64,000 nucleotides of DNA from Lama glama (GCA_028534125.1 CM052818.1:33296001-33360000); one strand, 5' to 3'. Positions 14,237 through 27,569 are shown, counted from the stretch's first letter. Notes: generated from the sequence alone by a model not told the origin. Translations and numbers: made by a program.

Positions 14237-14710
14237 GTAGATAGATAGATTTTTTTTTTGCTCAGCCATAGAAAAGAATGAAGTAATGTCATTTGCAGCA
14301 ACATGGATAGACCTAGAGAGTATCAAACTAAGTAAGTCAGACAAGAGAAAGACAAATACCATATGATATCACTTACTTGTGGAATCTAAAAAAAAAAAAA
14401 CACAAATGAACTTATTTACAAAACAGAAAGAGACTCACGGACATAGAAAACAAACTTATGGTTACCAAAGGGGAAAGATAAGGACGGATATATTAGAAGT
14501 TTGGGATTAGCAGATACAAACTATTATATATAAAACAGATAAACAACAAGGTCCTACTGTAGAGCACAGAGAACCATACTGAATATCTTGTAATAACCTA
14601 TAATGAGCAAGAATATGCAAAAGAATGTATCTATGTATAACTGAATCACTTTGCTGTACACCAGGAACTAACACAACATTGTAAATCAACTATACTTCAA
14701 TTAAAAAAAA
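13556..14710 (+). mobile_element. 5'-truncated artiodactyl/camelid L1 (ORF2 C-terminus, 3' UTR, A tail)
   Basis: Runs from 'aaaaataaacaaatgggacctaattaaacttataagcttttgcacagcaaaggaaacc' to 'aaatcaactatacttcaattaaaaaaaa'. The minus-strand ORFs at 13659-14689 are standard antisense-L1 translations. Confidence 0.97.
14195..14250 (+). repeat. (AGAT)n microsatellite, about 14 units with one AGGT variant, inside the L1
   Basis: Read directly from the sequence. Confidence 0.97.
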
Positions 14711-14835
14711 GTAGTTGGGTGTTACTGTGTAGAGGTCAAGGGTGCTGCAAAACATCTTTCACTGAACAGGAAAGCCCCTCACAGAAAAAACTATCCAGCC
14801 CCAAATGTCAATAGTGCTAAGGCTGAGAACCTCTG
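14711..14835. mobile_element. MER20, right half
   Basis: 'gtagaggtcaagggtgctgcaaaacatc...tatccagccccaaatgtcaatagtgctaaggctgagaacctctg'. Confidence 0.8.
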
Positions 14836-15104
14836 TAGTAGGTGAGAGAGATTAAGCAAAGGACTTCAGACAATTACCAATTGTTCAGAAGCCCCACAAA
14901 AATAGCATTTATTATACGCAGAGCACAGGCTCCACCAAAAAAGTACGTAAATCATCAAATACCCGGTAAAGCTCTTCCAATCTGATTCTTCTCAACTTTT
15001 TTACAAATTAATTTTAATTTCATAATTGAGGTGCCTAAATTCATCCTGAAGAAAAATGAAAGCATTACCGACAGTCTACAGTTCCCTTTGATCTCTACCC
15101 TATT

Positions 15105-15330
15105 AAGAGTCAGAGGGCCTAGATTCAAACCGCAGTACCACCAACTTGCTTGACATGTGACTCAGGCAAGGTTCTGAGCCTCTCTGAATTTCAGTTTTGT
15201 TATCTGTAAAATGGGGACAATAGTAGTAACCAACTCTCCAGGGTTGCTGTGAGGACTGAATGAGTTAATGGGTACAGCGTACCAAGAACACGTGATGTCA
15301 GTACTCATTAAGTGCCAGCTATGATTAGTA
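15105..15330 (+). mobile_element. MIR SINE
   Basis: 'tgtgactcaggcaag...cctctctgaatttcagttttgttatctgtaaaatggggacaatagtagt...gggttgctgtgaggactgaatgagttaat'. Confidence 0.85.
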
Positions 15331-17727
15331 TTCAGTATACACATGCACAACCATATACACAGACACTCACTTGAGGGAATATATACATGGTTTTGATGTT
15401 TAGCTTTTTTTTTAACATAAAAATGTATAAATGTATGATTCTGCTCATCTTTCTGATATTTGCTCTTTTTCTTCAACTCAGAAATCTCTCTGTGTGAGTA
15501 CACAGAAATCTACCTAGTTCTTCCTTACTATTTCATTCTATACCAAAGTACTTTAAGTCATTTCTCTACTGATGACCTTTCAGTTGTTTCTACCATTTGG
15601 ATCCTTAACATTAAATTCTCCACTGACTGAGAACAAACAGGGCCAAGTTTATCTGTACCCTTAAGAAAGAGTGCACCAAAACTGAATGAACAGTTGCTAA
15701 CAGAGTAGAAATAATAAACACCAATCACCAAAACAATACCTACAAACAAATATTTTGAAGGGTTTGAACAGAAAAGTCTAAAATTAAAAAATAATAATAT
15801 ACTCTATAATCTGTTTTCTTTCAAGGAAGCATATATGATAGAATAGTTAATAAATCCTCAAAAGCTTTCAAAATAATTTTCTTTGGCTTTGGTGTACAAA
15901 TATTACATTGGCCATGTCAAACCCTAACAAAATTGAAGTTAGGAAAAAAGTACTAGCTCAGAGGAGGAAATGGAAACATGGAGGTGTTATCACCATTTGG
16001 TCATAAACTTTTCTCAGAGAAACATGGTTATAAAAATGTGTTCCAGGATGAAAACTTGGCACAGAACAACCCAATCTTACATCATACTCTTAAAAGACTG
16101 GGGTGGAGTAGGGAGGGGAGGGATTAAAAAGTGGGAGGGGAAAGCTCTTTGCATGTAGGGAAAAAAAGAGGGTTGTTAGTAAAATTAATTTTCCATGAAT
16201 GTATAACTTCTTCAAATTAATGGTTTGGTTTAGTTGAAATTTGGCAAGGTAGCAGATTTTAGTCTTTTTCAAGAATGACCTCTATTTTGTTGAAGCTGTC
16301 TGTAAAAGATAATGTTCACAGGCAGGACAGCCATTCCCTGTTACGGTCTTATTTACAATATTATGTTAACTCTTCATTTGGCAATGAAGAGTTTTAAACA
16401 AAAGGCTTCTCCATTCATTAAAGTCATTAGTGCTGCTAGTGAAAGACAGGGCGTCTGAATTTTAACAAGTACAGAAAAGTCCAATGTAATTATTAGCCCC
16501 GTATTATGGGAATCAAAATCAGACATACCAGGATCAAATTACATGCTCTTTAAGAAAAGTTCACACAGTAAAATCCGACAACATTGGTGTTAGAGCTTTC
16601 CTCTAACAAGAGTGTAAGGGGTTCCACTTTAAGTATGAATTTTACACATTGAGAGCCTTAGTCATTACCTACTTACACCAAACACTTGTAATCAAGAACT
16701 ATGCCATTACTTTTTAGTACTAAATAATTACCCTTTGAAACCAGGTTGTGGACATAACAAACCACGCACATTTTTAGGGAGAAGATGAGGTAGACTGACT
16801 ACTTTTGAAGCCCAACTGACTTATGCCCCTATCCATATCCACACCCTGCTCTGAAAACTAAGTAAAAGAGGTTATATTCATGTAATAGACCAGTTCACAG
16901 ATCATTGTGTAGCTAGAAACATACTGAGAAACATGAGAAAACAGTGGAACATCTGAGAGTCTAGAAGCCCTGGGCAAAGGTGTGCTGTGAACCACATGAG
17001 CTTCCTGGAGGTCAAGGCCCAAACACAATAGGAAACTGTTAGGTCGCAGTGCCCTGGATCCCTGCTCCTTGTGGAGTTCCTCTGCTCTCACCATGAGCTA
17101 AATTAAGAAACCTCGGTGTCTGTGTTGGGCAGAGAGGAGTGCGAGCGGCAGGGTTCTTCCTGAATCTGTCACTCCACTGTGAGACAGAAGCAATGAGGTT
17201 AAAAACTGCTTCCTAACACAGTAATTATGTTGGCTACTTTGAGAGCAAGAAAGAAGTTAAAATGTGCTCTTATTGAAGCAATTATCAATAAAATGAACAA
17301 AAGAATTCTTAGAAAAATGGTCATTCATTATAAACCCCTTAAAACAAGTGTCCCCAACTAGTTGGCTTCATGACACTATGGGGCCTTAGATTTACAGGTT
17401 GATTAATTTATTGGACACCAAGCATCTGAAGACCAAATTAATGCTCTGTGTGTGTGATATTGCATACATAAAATATGTCTATGATGTGTGTGTACATATA
17501 CACACACATCTACATGCATATGTATATATCACATACATACAGCAGATACAAAGGTATTATATATCTCTTTTTCAAATATGAATATACAACCTGTTGTGAT
17601 TAATAAAATATAAGTTCATTCAAAAGGCACATAATTCATCATGTATTAAAATATAATGTTAAAAACTATTACTTCTATCTGCATAGGTCTGTGAAACAGT
17701 TAAGTCTGTTTATTACTCACAGTGAGA

Positions 17728-17872
17728 GTCACTCTTTGTCATGCCCAGCTCTATAAATTTTAACAAACGTATAGAGTTGTGTATCCATCACCACAATCGT
17801 GATACAGAACAATTCCATCATCCTAAAAAATTCCCTGTGCTGCCTCTTTGTAGTCAAGCCTTCCTTACACCC
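17728..17872 (-). mobile_element. L1MB-like 3' UTR fragment, probably nested in an old hAT element (about 17345-17932)
   Basis: 'ataaattttaacaaacgtatagagttgtgtatccatcaccacaatcgtgatacagaacaattccatcatcctaaaaaattccctgtg'. Confidence 0.75.
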
Positions 17873-19264
17873 TTGTGTAAAAGGTTTTGACGTAAAAACA
17901 GGTCCTTACACTTGAAAGGGATGGGAATGACTGCCTTATAGCCCCAATGATCATCTTTCTCATAATTTCATGAAATTTCAATTACACATTGGTTTCTACT
18001 TCCACCCAGTTCTCAACAAAAAAGATTAAAGGGAAAGGTAACTGAAACAGCAGGTTAGGAAGAGATACACTTGGAGGAGCTCAGACTTCAACACAGTAAT
18101 GGAAAAAATGCTAGAACTTGATGATAAACTAGATTAGGTTGTAAAAAAAAAAAAGGAGAAAGAGAGAGAGAGAAATATGCCTCGGAGATACAGGGAAAAG
18201 CACTGAGTTGGACAAAGCTGATGAGTGATCACTTAAGAGGAAAGGTGATGAACTCGCTTTTTAAGCAAGAGAATGATGAGGGCAGATTTGTTTTAGGAAG
18301 TCCACCCTGCCTACAGCATGGCAACTAGATAGAAGCGGGGAAAGAGTGGACATGGAAACCAGTTACAAGAGTATTTCAGTAGTCTGGTTGAGAGATGACA
18401 ATGGCTCAGCTAAGTTATCTCAAAGGGTAGAGGTTTACTAAAAACCATATGAAGTAAAGAAGAACAGGAAGGAGTTTCAACAGCTGCAGAGCAGAATATC
18501 ACTGGAATATCATTCAAAGCACATCCATAATCACAGTCATCCTCGTGGAAACCAGAACAAACAGGGCACAATTCAGAAGAACATCTTAGCAATATGGCCA
18601 ACTAGATAATCTGAGGAGTCCTCCTGCTACAAGACCCCTAAACATGCTGGATAAATTGTTATAAACAAATATAGCTATACTTACAAAAAAAATTAAGGAG
18701 AATTCCCAGGAGTACCCACCCCTGGTTCCATCACCTGTGGTCCAAGTGTCTGGGAGATGTGGTACACAAGGGGCCGGGAGTGTGGTGGGCACTGAGCTTC
18801 TTGGACAGACAATGTAGCAGGCAGTCTTCTTGCCTGTTCAGTAAAAAGACACTAGGAGTGTTTAAGAAAGGCAGTGACATGGATGGTGCTCTGCTTTTGA
18901 AAGACTGTTCTGGCAAAGAGTAAGGACCAGAGAGGCTTGAAACTGGGCCAGGAGAAGGGTGAGGAAATGAATGTGAGAAACACCATCAAGGCAACATCAA
19001 CTGGCAGCTGTTTCTATATAGAAAACAATAGCGAGAGGAAGATCAAAAATAGGATGCCCAGGCTGCATGCATGGGTCACTAGAAGGACAGCAAAATCATT
19101 AATGAAAATAAGAACATATAAGAAGAGCAGATTTTGAAGAAGGTGAGACGGGCAGCGTTAGATGATCATTTATTTACACATTAGATATTAAATTTCAAGT
19201 TTCAGTAATTGTTCTAGCATAAGCCAGTATAGAAGGCATTAACAATGTAAAAATGAAATCTAGA

Positions 19265-19410
19265 ACAAGGATCCTTAAATGAGGTTTGTGAATTGCCTTC
19301 AGGGGCAGGTGTGTTACTCTCAGAACTGTATTTAAACTTTTTGTGTCTGCACATTCTTCTTGGGTAAAGCCCGTGGCTCTCCAAGATTTTCAGAAGTTTG
19401 TGTTAATCTG
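19265..19410. mobile_element. Old hAT-Charlie MITE (MER103-like)
   Basis: 'caaggatccttaaatgaggtttgtgaattgccttcagggg...ttttgtgtctgcacattcttcttgggtaaagcccgtggctctccaagattttcagaag'. Confidence 0.5.
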
Positions 19411-21499
19411 CTGTTCCCTTAAACATAATGTGTCGACTTTGTCTTCTTTCATCTTTGCTGTTTAGATAATGTGTCTAAGTGTCAATTTCTTTTTATTTAG
19501 TCTGTTTGAGATTCACTGTACTTATTCTATTTGGTGCCTTCCATCAGTTCTGGAACATTCTCGACCATTTTCTCTTCCATTTTCTAATTTCTCTGTTCCT
19601 GCCTAGCACATAGCCTAATGTTTTCATGAACTACCACTTTTCATCTCAGACCTTCCACTGAGGAATACTGTCCTACTGATGAATAAATATAAATGAACAC
19701 TGACTGCATTAAACAGTAATCAGCGCTTAGAGCTTTGCTGTTGAGATTTAGTGTTAAATTGAAAATCATGAACTTCTTGTCTTCACTACAGAAAAAAAAA
19801 AACTCTGGTGGTAGGCCTGATTTTTTAAATGAGGACACATTATATCTCATAGTTTTTTAAGCTAATCATTATGCTGTAGAGAGGAGACTAGCATTTAAAA
19901 GAAACAAAGCACAGAACTGCCCAAAGACACAAAATCAATCTAAGACAGAGTTTAAGGTCAAACAAGTTTAAGAAACACGTACCAGTGAGATTTAAGTTAT
20001 CACAGACTTAAACACATCTTTCTTCCAAATGTCTATTTTCTGCCTTAAAGGAAAGCTAGATAAAAACATTAATCTATCCCTAACTTAGGCAGCTGGGGAG
20101 GCAGGAGTTCTGCACCAGAATGTTTCCAAAAATATGGCATTTGGGGGCTGATTGATTTTCTCCCCTAACTAAATTCCATTCTGGTTCTTTTGTGTAATGT
20201 TTCAAAGTGCAGGCTGAGCTCTTGATCTTTTGGGAGGCACAGGCAAGACAAAAGGCCAAACTCACTAATGAAAACTTGCTGAACTTACTCTTTAGAATTC
20301 CATTCTAAGTCACGAAGAACCCTTTTGGCCCTGCTCCCAGACTAGTAAAACGAACATCTCAAGTCCCTAGAGGCGAAGATAGTTCGCTCCACTGAAACCA
20401 AATACACATGGTCTCCTGACAGCTGGTTGTCTTAGCATACTCAGAACTATATATTTATCAAAGGAAAAAAAAACCTCCAGGAGCACAATATTTATTATAG
20501 GATTATCTCAGTGATTCAAGTAAACATAAGTAAGGCTAAATTAAACCATGTTTACTATGATGAACTATTACTTAAATCCTGACACAAAATCACCCCAAGA
20601 GATTTGGGGTCTCATCTTTTGAGACAACTGACGCATACCTTTGCTTGGGCTTGCTTTTTTTTTTTTTTGAAGAAAAGAGACAAGATTTACTTTTCTTTTA
20701 AATCTATCTTTGTTTAGTTACACAATTTCTTTAATTATTCTAAAAAAAATCTTTTGAGCGTCTAAAACTGAAATTTCCCATCCTGTTAAGATGTTGATTT
20801 CAGTATTAAATTTAAATAAAATCACAAAATACTGAATTTGCTTATACTTTAAAAAAACTGATTTTATCTGATTTATCTGAATTTAAAACCCATAATTTTA
20901 TTAAATCTCATTTTTAACTCTAAGTATTACTTTAATTTGTGGTTCCCCCCACCCTTTCTCTAGGTCCTCTAGTCGAAGTTCAGTTTATCCCAGCCTCTGT
21001 GGATTACAGGCTATCTAAATGTTCCAAATGACCATGTCTGTCTGTGGCCAGCACACTGTGGGGTAAAGGAAGGGAAAGGGAAGCTGGACAGGCCACAACA
21101 GCAGTAGATGTCAGGTCACATGGGATCAAAAGCACATTACCACCTCCAGGATTCAGCTTATAAGCCACGCCTACAAAATAAAGCCCTACCTCTCAGGAAC
21201 AAGATGAGGGTCCACAGGGAAATGAGCCTGCTGGCTAGTCCCAAGGCATAGCAACAGGAAACAGGGAGGGAGAGCACCTGCCTTTGCAGGCACCGGGACC
21301 CAACAGGTTCAAAGCTTTTTGCCCTACTAGGGAGTCCAATCTGTGGCAACTGCGACTGAACCTCACACAGGGCCCACGGGCAGGGCCAGGCTGGCAGGAG
21401 ATGGGCTAGTGGCTTCCCAACCCTCAATGATGGAAAAAGAAGCCCACCCTTAAGGAGTTTATAGTCCAGGGACATAATATGACAAAAGGGCCACAAACA

Positions 21500-22329
21500 T
21501 AGGAGAGGAGAGTGCTGCCATGCTGGGGAGGCAGGTAGCGGTAGTCAGAAAAGTTCCAAAGAGGAGGTGGTGACTGAGAAGATCTAAGAGGTCAGAACCT
21601 ATGGGAGAGGGAATGAAATTCAATGTTTTACTGTAAGAAGCAGCCCAAGCAAAGTTATGAAAATGAAAAAAATACAAAGTGTATTCACAGGAAATCACAA
21701 ACACACACAAAACAGTTTGGCTGAACAACAGGAAATATACAGGACCCAGACTAGGCTAGAAAGGTCAACTGGGATTAAAATGGAATTCTCTGGATGATGA
21801 GAGATCTGTACTTAATTTAGTTAACAGGGAGGCACTGACGGTGTGGAGCAAGGAAGGGACATTACATGACCGGAACTTAGTTCAAGAAGATAGTGGCAGT
21901 TTTGTGCTGGATAAACTAAAATAGGAAGAAAAGTTAGAAGGTCTTCAGGAGACATGGCCATGGAAGGACTGAACTGAAATGAAGGAGGAATGATAAGAAC
22001 AGAGATACTGGGGAGAGAGGGTTTCTAGTACAAAACAACAGGCTGGCTAATGCCCTTGAGATGCAGCACGTGGGCACCAAAGACAAGGAAGAAGGTTGTG
22101 AAGCACAAACAGTCGTTCATCAGAGGAATGATGAGTTTGGTTTCAAGCACTTGGAATTCGGGGTGTCAACTGGACACACAGATAGACTCATCTATCAAGT
22201 GGCTAGAAAAGCAGATCTGTAAACAGCGGGGAATGTTGGGATTAGAAATGAGGATCTGGGGTCATTCATCAAGAATGGAAGCGGAGTCATGGGAAATATA
22301 ATGTAGCATAATTTAATGGGTGCGAAAAG
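21500..22329 (-). mobile_element. L2 LINE remnant (interrupted at its right end by the LTR)
   Basis: Purine-rich antisense L2 pattern, e.g. 'gatgagtttggtttcaagcacttggaattcggggtgtc...ttgggattagaaatgaggatctggggtcattc'. Confidence 0.6.
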
Positions 22330-22774
22330 TGAGACAGGAGGGAAAGTGGCAGGGCATAACCACTGAAGGAATGACACAGCAATTGAGGACAGGACAAACT
22401 GGTTAGAACCAAGATGGCGGAAGATTCAACTTCCAGTAGACCCTGAGCCTCATGGCGCACCCCCTGGTGCTATGACAGTTCTTAGGCTGATCATAAAAGC
22501 TCAAAATGTGGGTGGGGGGCCCAATTCCTGGAAATCCCTGCCCCTTCTCCAAAGTAGTTAGAATAATGCTCCTACTCATTAGCATATGAAATTACCAAAC
22601 TCATAAAAACTAACAACTCTGCATCTTGTGGTCGTTCTCTCTCTCTTGCCTTCTGAGATGGCCGGCATTCTGTCTATGGAATGTGTACCTCTCTAAATAA
22701 ACTTCCTTCCCCTTTACCATGCCTTGCTCTTGAATTCTTTCCTGTACAAAGCAAGAACCTATTCTTCTGCAACA
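22330..22774 (+). mobile_element. Complete ERV1-class solo LTR, MER41-like (cetartiodactyl type)
   Basis: TG...CA termini (tgagacagg...ctgcaaca) with an exact 4-bp TSD aaag (22326-22329, 22775-22778). Contains caagatggcgg (22410-22420), a TATA-like cataaaaa near 22612 and AATAAA at 22696-22701. The 'tgaattctttcctg...aagaacct' U5 matches the MER41/MER4 group as recalled. Confidence 0.88.
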
Positions 22775-23139
22775 AAAGGAAGTGAAGGCAATAAAGGATA
22801 CAAGGAAGAGTCTATGAATTGCAGCTTATAGAAGGAAAAGGACTAAAGGGATAAAACTCCTGCTAGGAATGCTATCACGAAGACCAGACAGGAAGGTAAA
22901 CTGCAAAGCAGTGTGAATATTTTAAAGCACTAAACAAATACATTTTTATAATTGTTACAGTATTACATGTTTAATCTCTAGAAAAGCCACATAACGTTGC
23001 AAGAGCCACACTTCCCCAAATTTTCCAGTGTCCCTTCCTCACCAAGTCAATTGGATCTCCATCTCCCTCAAAGTCTTTCAGTCATTAATAAATCTTTTCT
23101 TAAGTGTTTATACAACTCAAGAAGCACCAACTGAATGGC

Positions 23140-23340
23140 GACCATGTGTCAAACACTACAATAGGCACTTTCATACATACCCGCCTTTGGAGTAGAGGAA
23201 ACTGAAATTTAAGATTTATCCCCCTTTATGGAAGATGAAATGAGGCTCAAAAAGGTTAAGTATCTTGGGCAAGACTGCCAGGTAGTAAGAGGAGGAACAG
23301 AGGGCATCTGATGGCAAGTCTTACGGTGCTTTTTTCCATT
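23140..23340 (-). mobile_element. MIR SINE
   Basis: 'tatcccctttatggaagatgaaatgaggctcaaaaaggttaagtatcttgggcaagactgccaggtagtaag'. Confidence 0.65.
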
Positions 23341-26235
23341 TCAAGCTGGAACTTGCCATGTTTGTTCTTATCTCTCTTATTGAGCTATGAGCAAATTAAG
23401 GGCATAAGCCACATCTCAATTTCCTCAGCACCCTCTGAAGTATCTAGCAAATGGCCTTACACTTGGTCACTTTTCACTGCGTTTTTGTTGCCTGAAAGAA
23501 CACATGCATGGATACCCGCAGGCACACAGGCCTCACTGACGGTGAGCGATTGTGGGCTGGGCAGCTTTGAGTACTTATTTCCAAGGCGGACTGTAACTTA
23601 ACAACACAAAGTTCTAAAAACAAATTCTGTACTTGTGAAAGATGCCACCTGGCCTGCCTCAGGGGCTGAAGTTCTCTTTTTATGCACAGAGTGGGAACAG
23701 CACAGGCAGTGATGAGCTGGTTTTCTCCAAACCACTCCCACAAACCAGCTCAAGCCAAGACAAGGGCCCACACCTTTCGGGGAAGAGAGCTGTGCAGCCT
23801 CTGCTGCCCATTTAACCTCTGGTGTCACCGTGGAAACTGCCAACAGTCTGGGGAGGAGGGAAAGGTGGAGCAGCTTTAGTGCCAGCTCTGATGATGTAAC
23901 CCTAAATTCCAGCTTTTCTGCCAGGAAAAAAAAAAGGCAACAGGTTTAGAATCTAGTCCCCCCTCCCCCATACACACACTTAATACTCAACCAAAATCTA
24001 ATTTGCATGACTAGCTTTTGTTGCATACCTGACCACTAACTTTTTTTTAAATCAACAGTACTTAGTGTCTAATTCACCTGACCGGTTTTGGTTCCTTGCA
24101 AAACAAACGTATGGACCCTGAAATGTGTGTATTTCATAAACGTCCCTTGTGCGAGAAGAACACAAAGTCTTCAGAAGTGTTTACTTTGCAAGCCACATAC
24201 AAACACGGTGGGAGACCCGGAAACAACATGTATCTGAACACCACAAAGGCATGCAGTCAGTCGTGTTTCAGCGCTGCTAGAAACACCAGACGGCTTTTCC
24301 AGGACAGACTTCTGAAGTGGGATCGCATTTCAGAGCTTCATAAATTATAACACACGTGGGAGTCTCCTACCCAATATGCCTGCAGATGTTCCCTTTTGTG
24401 GGAGTGTCTAATTGGGGGTATTTGGTATTCATGTCCCTAGAAATCTTTAGGGTACAACAAATGGATGCCTTTCCCTGCATGTGATGACAAGATCCCAAAG
24501 TAGCCTTCTCCTATTTCTGAAAGTAGTTAATGTGAGCATACCCTTGCCTCCTGCACGGACAAGCTGGGGCAGACATACATTAGCCAGGCTGACATGGGGA
24601 ATCTCCCAGGCTCAGGATATCTCTCCATGTCCATGGAGAGCAGATGGTGAGGATACAAGCATTTTCTTGCCAATTTTTACCTAATGTGGATCAGGCTATT
24701 GGTCTCCTGGGCCTCTGCCTGTCAAATGCACTGCATGAGGCTTGGGACTTCCTAGAAAGAGGCACAGTAGAAGCCAAAAAGAGTACAAGCCTCAGCTAGG
24801 GCAAGCGTCTGGCATTGCCTTTGGGCGGGTCCACATGGGATGCTTTTTCCATGACTCCTGAAAGAACTCTCCAAGTCTAAGCCTATTATCAATGCCTAGA
24901 TAGTTAAAAGTTGACAGGATAGTATGAAACACAGAAAACAGAAGAGAGCTTAACACAATGCCAAGGATGGTACCAACCTCTCCTTACTCAGTTCCTAAAA
25001 TCCATCCTATGACCTTGGCCTAACTGCAATGATGTTACTTCTTTTCTATGCTCTGAACCCTGCAAGAGTTAACCAAAGATATTAATAACTTTAGCAACTA
25101 TGTAAGCCCTTAGAAGGTCATACCACAATTTGACCACTTTCCATTTTAACCTTTCTCTAAAACCTCATTTTTACAGCTTCTACTTAAGGACATTAAAACT
25201 TCTGGTCGTTTCTTTGGTATTACAAATGCAGCCAGTTCTAGTAAGTGAACTTGTATCAGACAGAAAAATGTACAACCTCTCAGTGCAGCATTTTCACATT
25301 TTCTTGTGAGAATTACTTACTGACCTAGAACACTGTCAATTATTTACTATTATTTGCTATTATTTACTGTGCACTGCATTTGTTAAAGTTTTAAAGGAAT
25401 GGAAAGACTTGTTCCTTGCCCTTGAGCCACTTGCAATATAGTTAAAAGATGAAAATAAAATGCACACCACTAACTAAATCTATGGTGGGCAGATTATAAG
25501 AGTGATATAAATTCAGTACTAAGAATTCAGGGGGAGGTTAGGTGAATTGTGCTCGGGGAAAATGGGTGGTAGAGGGCATCTGAATAATGTCTTAGAAAAT
25601 ATGTAATATTTCAACACAAAGAGGGCATTAGAGGGCATTTTACATGGCGCTAACAGCTTCAGCAGAGGCACAGATGCAGGAAGAGTACAGGTGAATTAAG
25701 AAAACTTAAGTGATGGAGTCTGGCTAAAAGACAAGCTAGAGGAGGGGAAATGATAGGCAACTGATCTGGAGAATAAGTGTGGCCAGTTCTTTACATTAAA
25801 AAGAGGAGGAAAACGTAGAAAGCTATATTTTAGAAATAGGAAATAAAATATCTTTTAAAATAAACCCTTCACTAGTAATTTCTCCCATCACATCTTCAAC
25901 TTTGAGACTGAGAAACATTTTATTAGCAAGTTTACTTGCAAACTAGGTGCAGTAACTTCAATGAAAAACAATGTAGGTCTGGAAACAATGTTTCTCTGTG
26001 CTGACAAATTCTTGGCTGCAGCTGAACTAATAAATTCTTATTACCCACATCTTGTGATCATTTTCTCTTTTCTCATCACCAAAATACCTTCTTAGTTTAA
26101 TTCATTATGTACCAACTGAGTAGCTACCCCAGAGCTAGTATTTGTTTACTTATTTACTCATCCTCTCCTTTTCTGCCCATACTTGTCCTGCTAACCACTT
26201 ACTCACTCGTTCTCCTCGTGTAAACTGTATCAGTA

Positions 26236-26478
26236 ATAACAACGTGAATAGCTGTTACGTGCTAAAGTGCCAGGCACTGCAATTCATGCTTTATGAACAG
26301 TATTCAGTAGAATCCTCAAAACAGCACCACGAAATAGGTATTATTACCCTTATTTTATGGATGAGGAAACAAGTTCAAAGATGTCAAATATTTTGCCAGC
26401 TGGCAAGTGGCAGAACCCAGGTTTAAACCAGGTATGCCTGACCCCGAGCCCTTACCTGTTACCACATCACTGTACTGC
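26236..26478 (-). mobile_element. MIR SINE
   Basis: 'gtgccaggcactgc...ggtattattacccttattttatggatgaggaaac...gctggcaagtggcagaacccaggtttaaacc'. Confidence 0.85.
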
Positions 26479-27569
26479 CTCCAAAACTCTTTGCCGTCTT
26501 ACTGTTATGGGCCGGTATTTTCAATTAAAAATTAAAACGTTCATTGAGTGCCTGCTACTGTAAAATCCTGTTCTAGCTGCTATCAGAGGTCCATAAATAG
26601 ATGAGAGAATGCCGGGGATTATTAATGCTCATAATCATCCGTATTTGAGTATAAACAGCTATGTCTTATATCAGTGTGTCAGATGGTATGTCCATGATTC
26701 ATGAATTTGAGCAACTAAGGTCAGAGGGGGTAAAAACAGCTTAGTATGTGAATGTGGATGGTGACCACATCTCAGACAGAAATCAGCCAACCCTGACTAA
26801 ATGACTTACAGAGAATTTTAATAATACATTTCAGTCAGAGTCTGTAAAAACTCTCTCTGCTGATGAAAAATCTGTCCTGTCAGAAGTTCCCAACCAAATC
26901 TGCTTACAATCCATTTTCAATGAACCTCAGCTTCCTTTGAAGTAGAATAAGCTAGTAAAGCATTTCAGCCAACAATAAGCACATTGTGAGGCTAGTCCCT
27001 ATAAGATTCATTACCGATGAATAACGTTATTGGGTTAAACCACAAATGTGATATCAAACTACTTGTACCATGTAGCCTGAATGTTGTGAAAAGTTACATA
27101 GAACTATTTCAACACAGAAAAATAATTCAAACGTGTCGTCTTTTTAAACTACCTGCTTTTAATATTCCCTTTACCAACTTCTGAATACTTTAGTATGTTA
27201 AGGAGACTAGTTACATTTTTACAAACAACTAGAATACCTAAAAATACACAAGAAATTGGGTAGGATGTTGTTCAGGATAACCGCACACACTCAGGGAGCA
27301 TTTGGAAGGAGTCACAATTGTGGACTGTCTGTCAGGCACAGTATTCACACTGCAAATTGCACAACTAAGACTCATGCAAAGACCTCAGTGGCAAATACTC
27401 ACTGCATTTACTCTGCAATCTAAACTCTGAATACAATTCATTTTTAAAAAAACAAGTTGATAAAGAAAAATCATTTCAAGAGTTCAAGAGGGGCAAAAGA
27501 AACAGCAAGCATGTCTGATTAACAAGGAGAAGCATCCGGCTACAAAAAATCAACAACACTGATACTTAC

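Larger units (their letters stand above)
1..27569 (-). other. BABAM2: BABAM2 intron downstream of the exon (continues past the window start)
   Basis: GT donor at 27569-27568. The next exon (ALGGSSALHIPAF...) was not found by eye in 1-27569. Confidence 0.85.
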
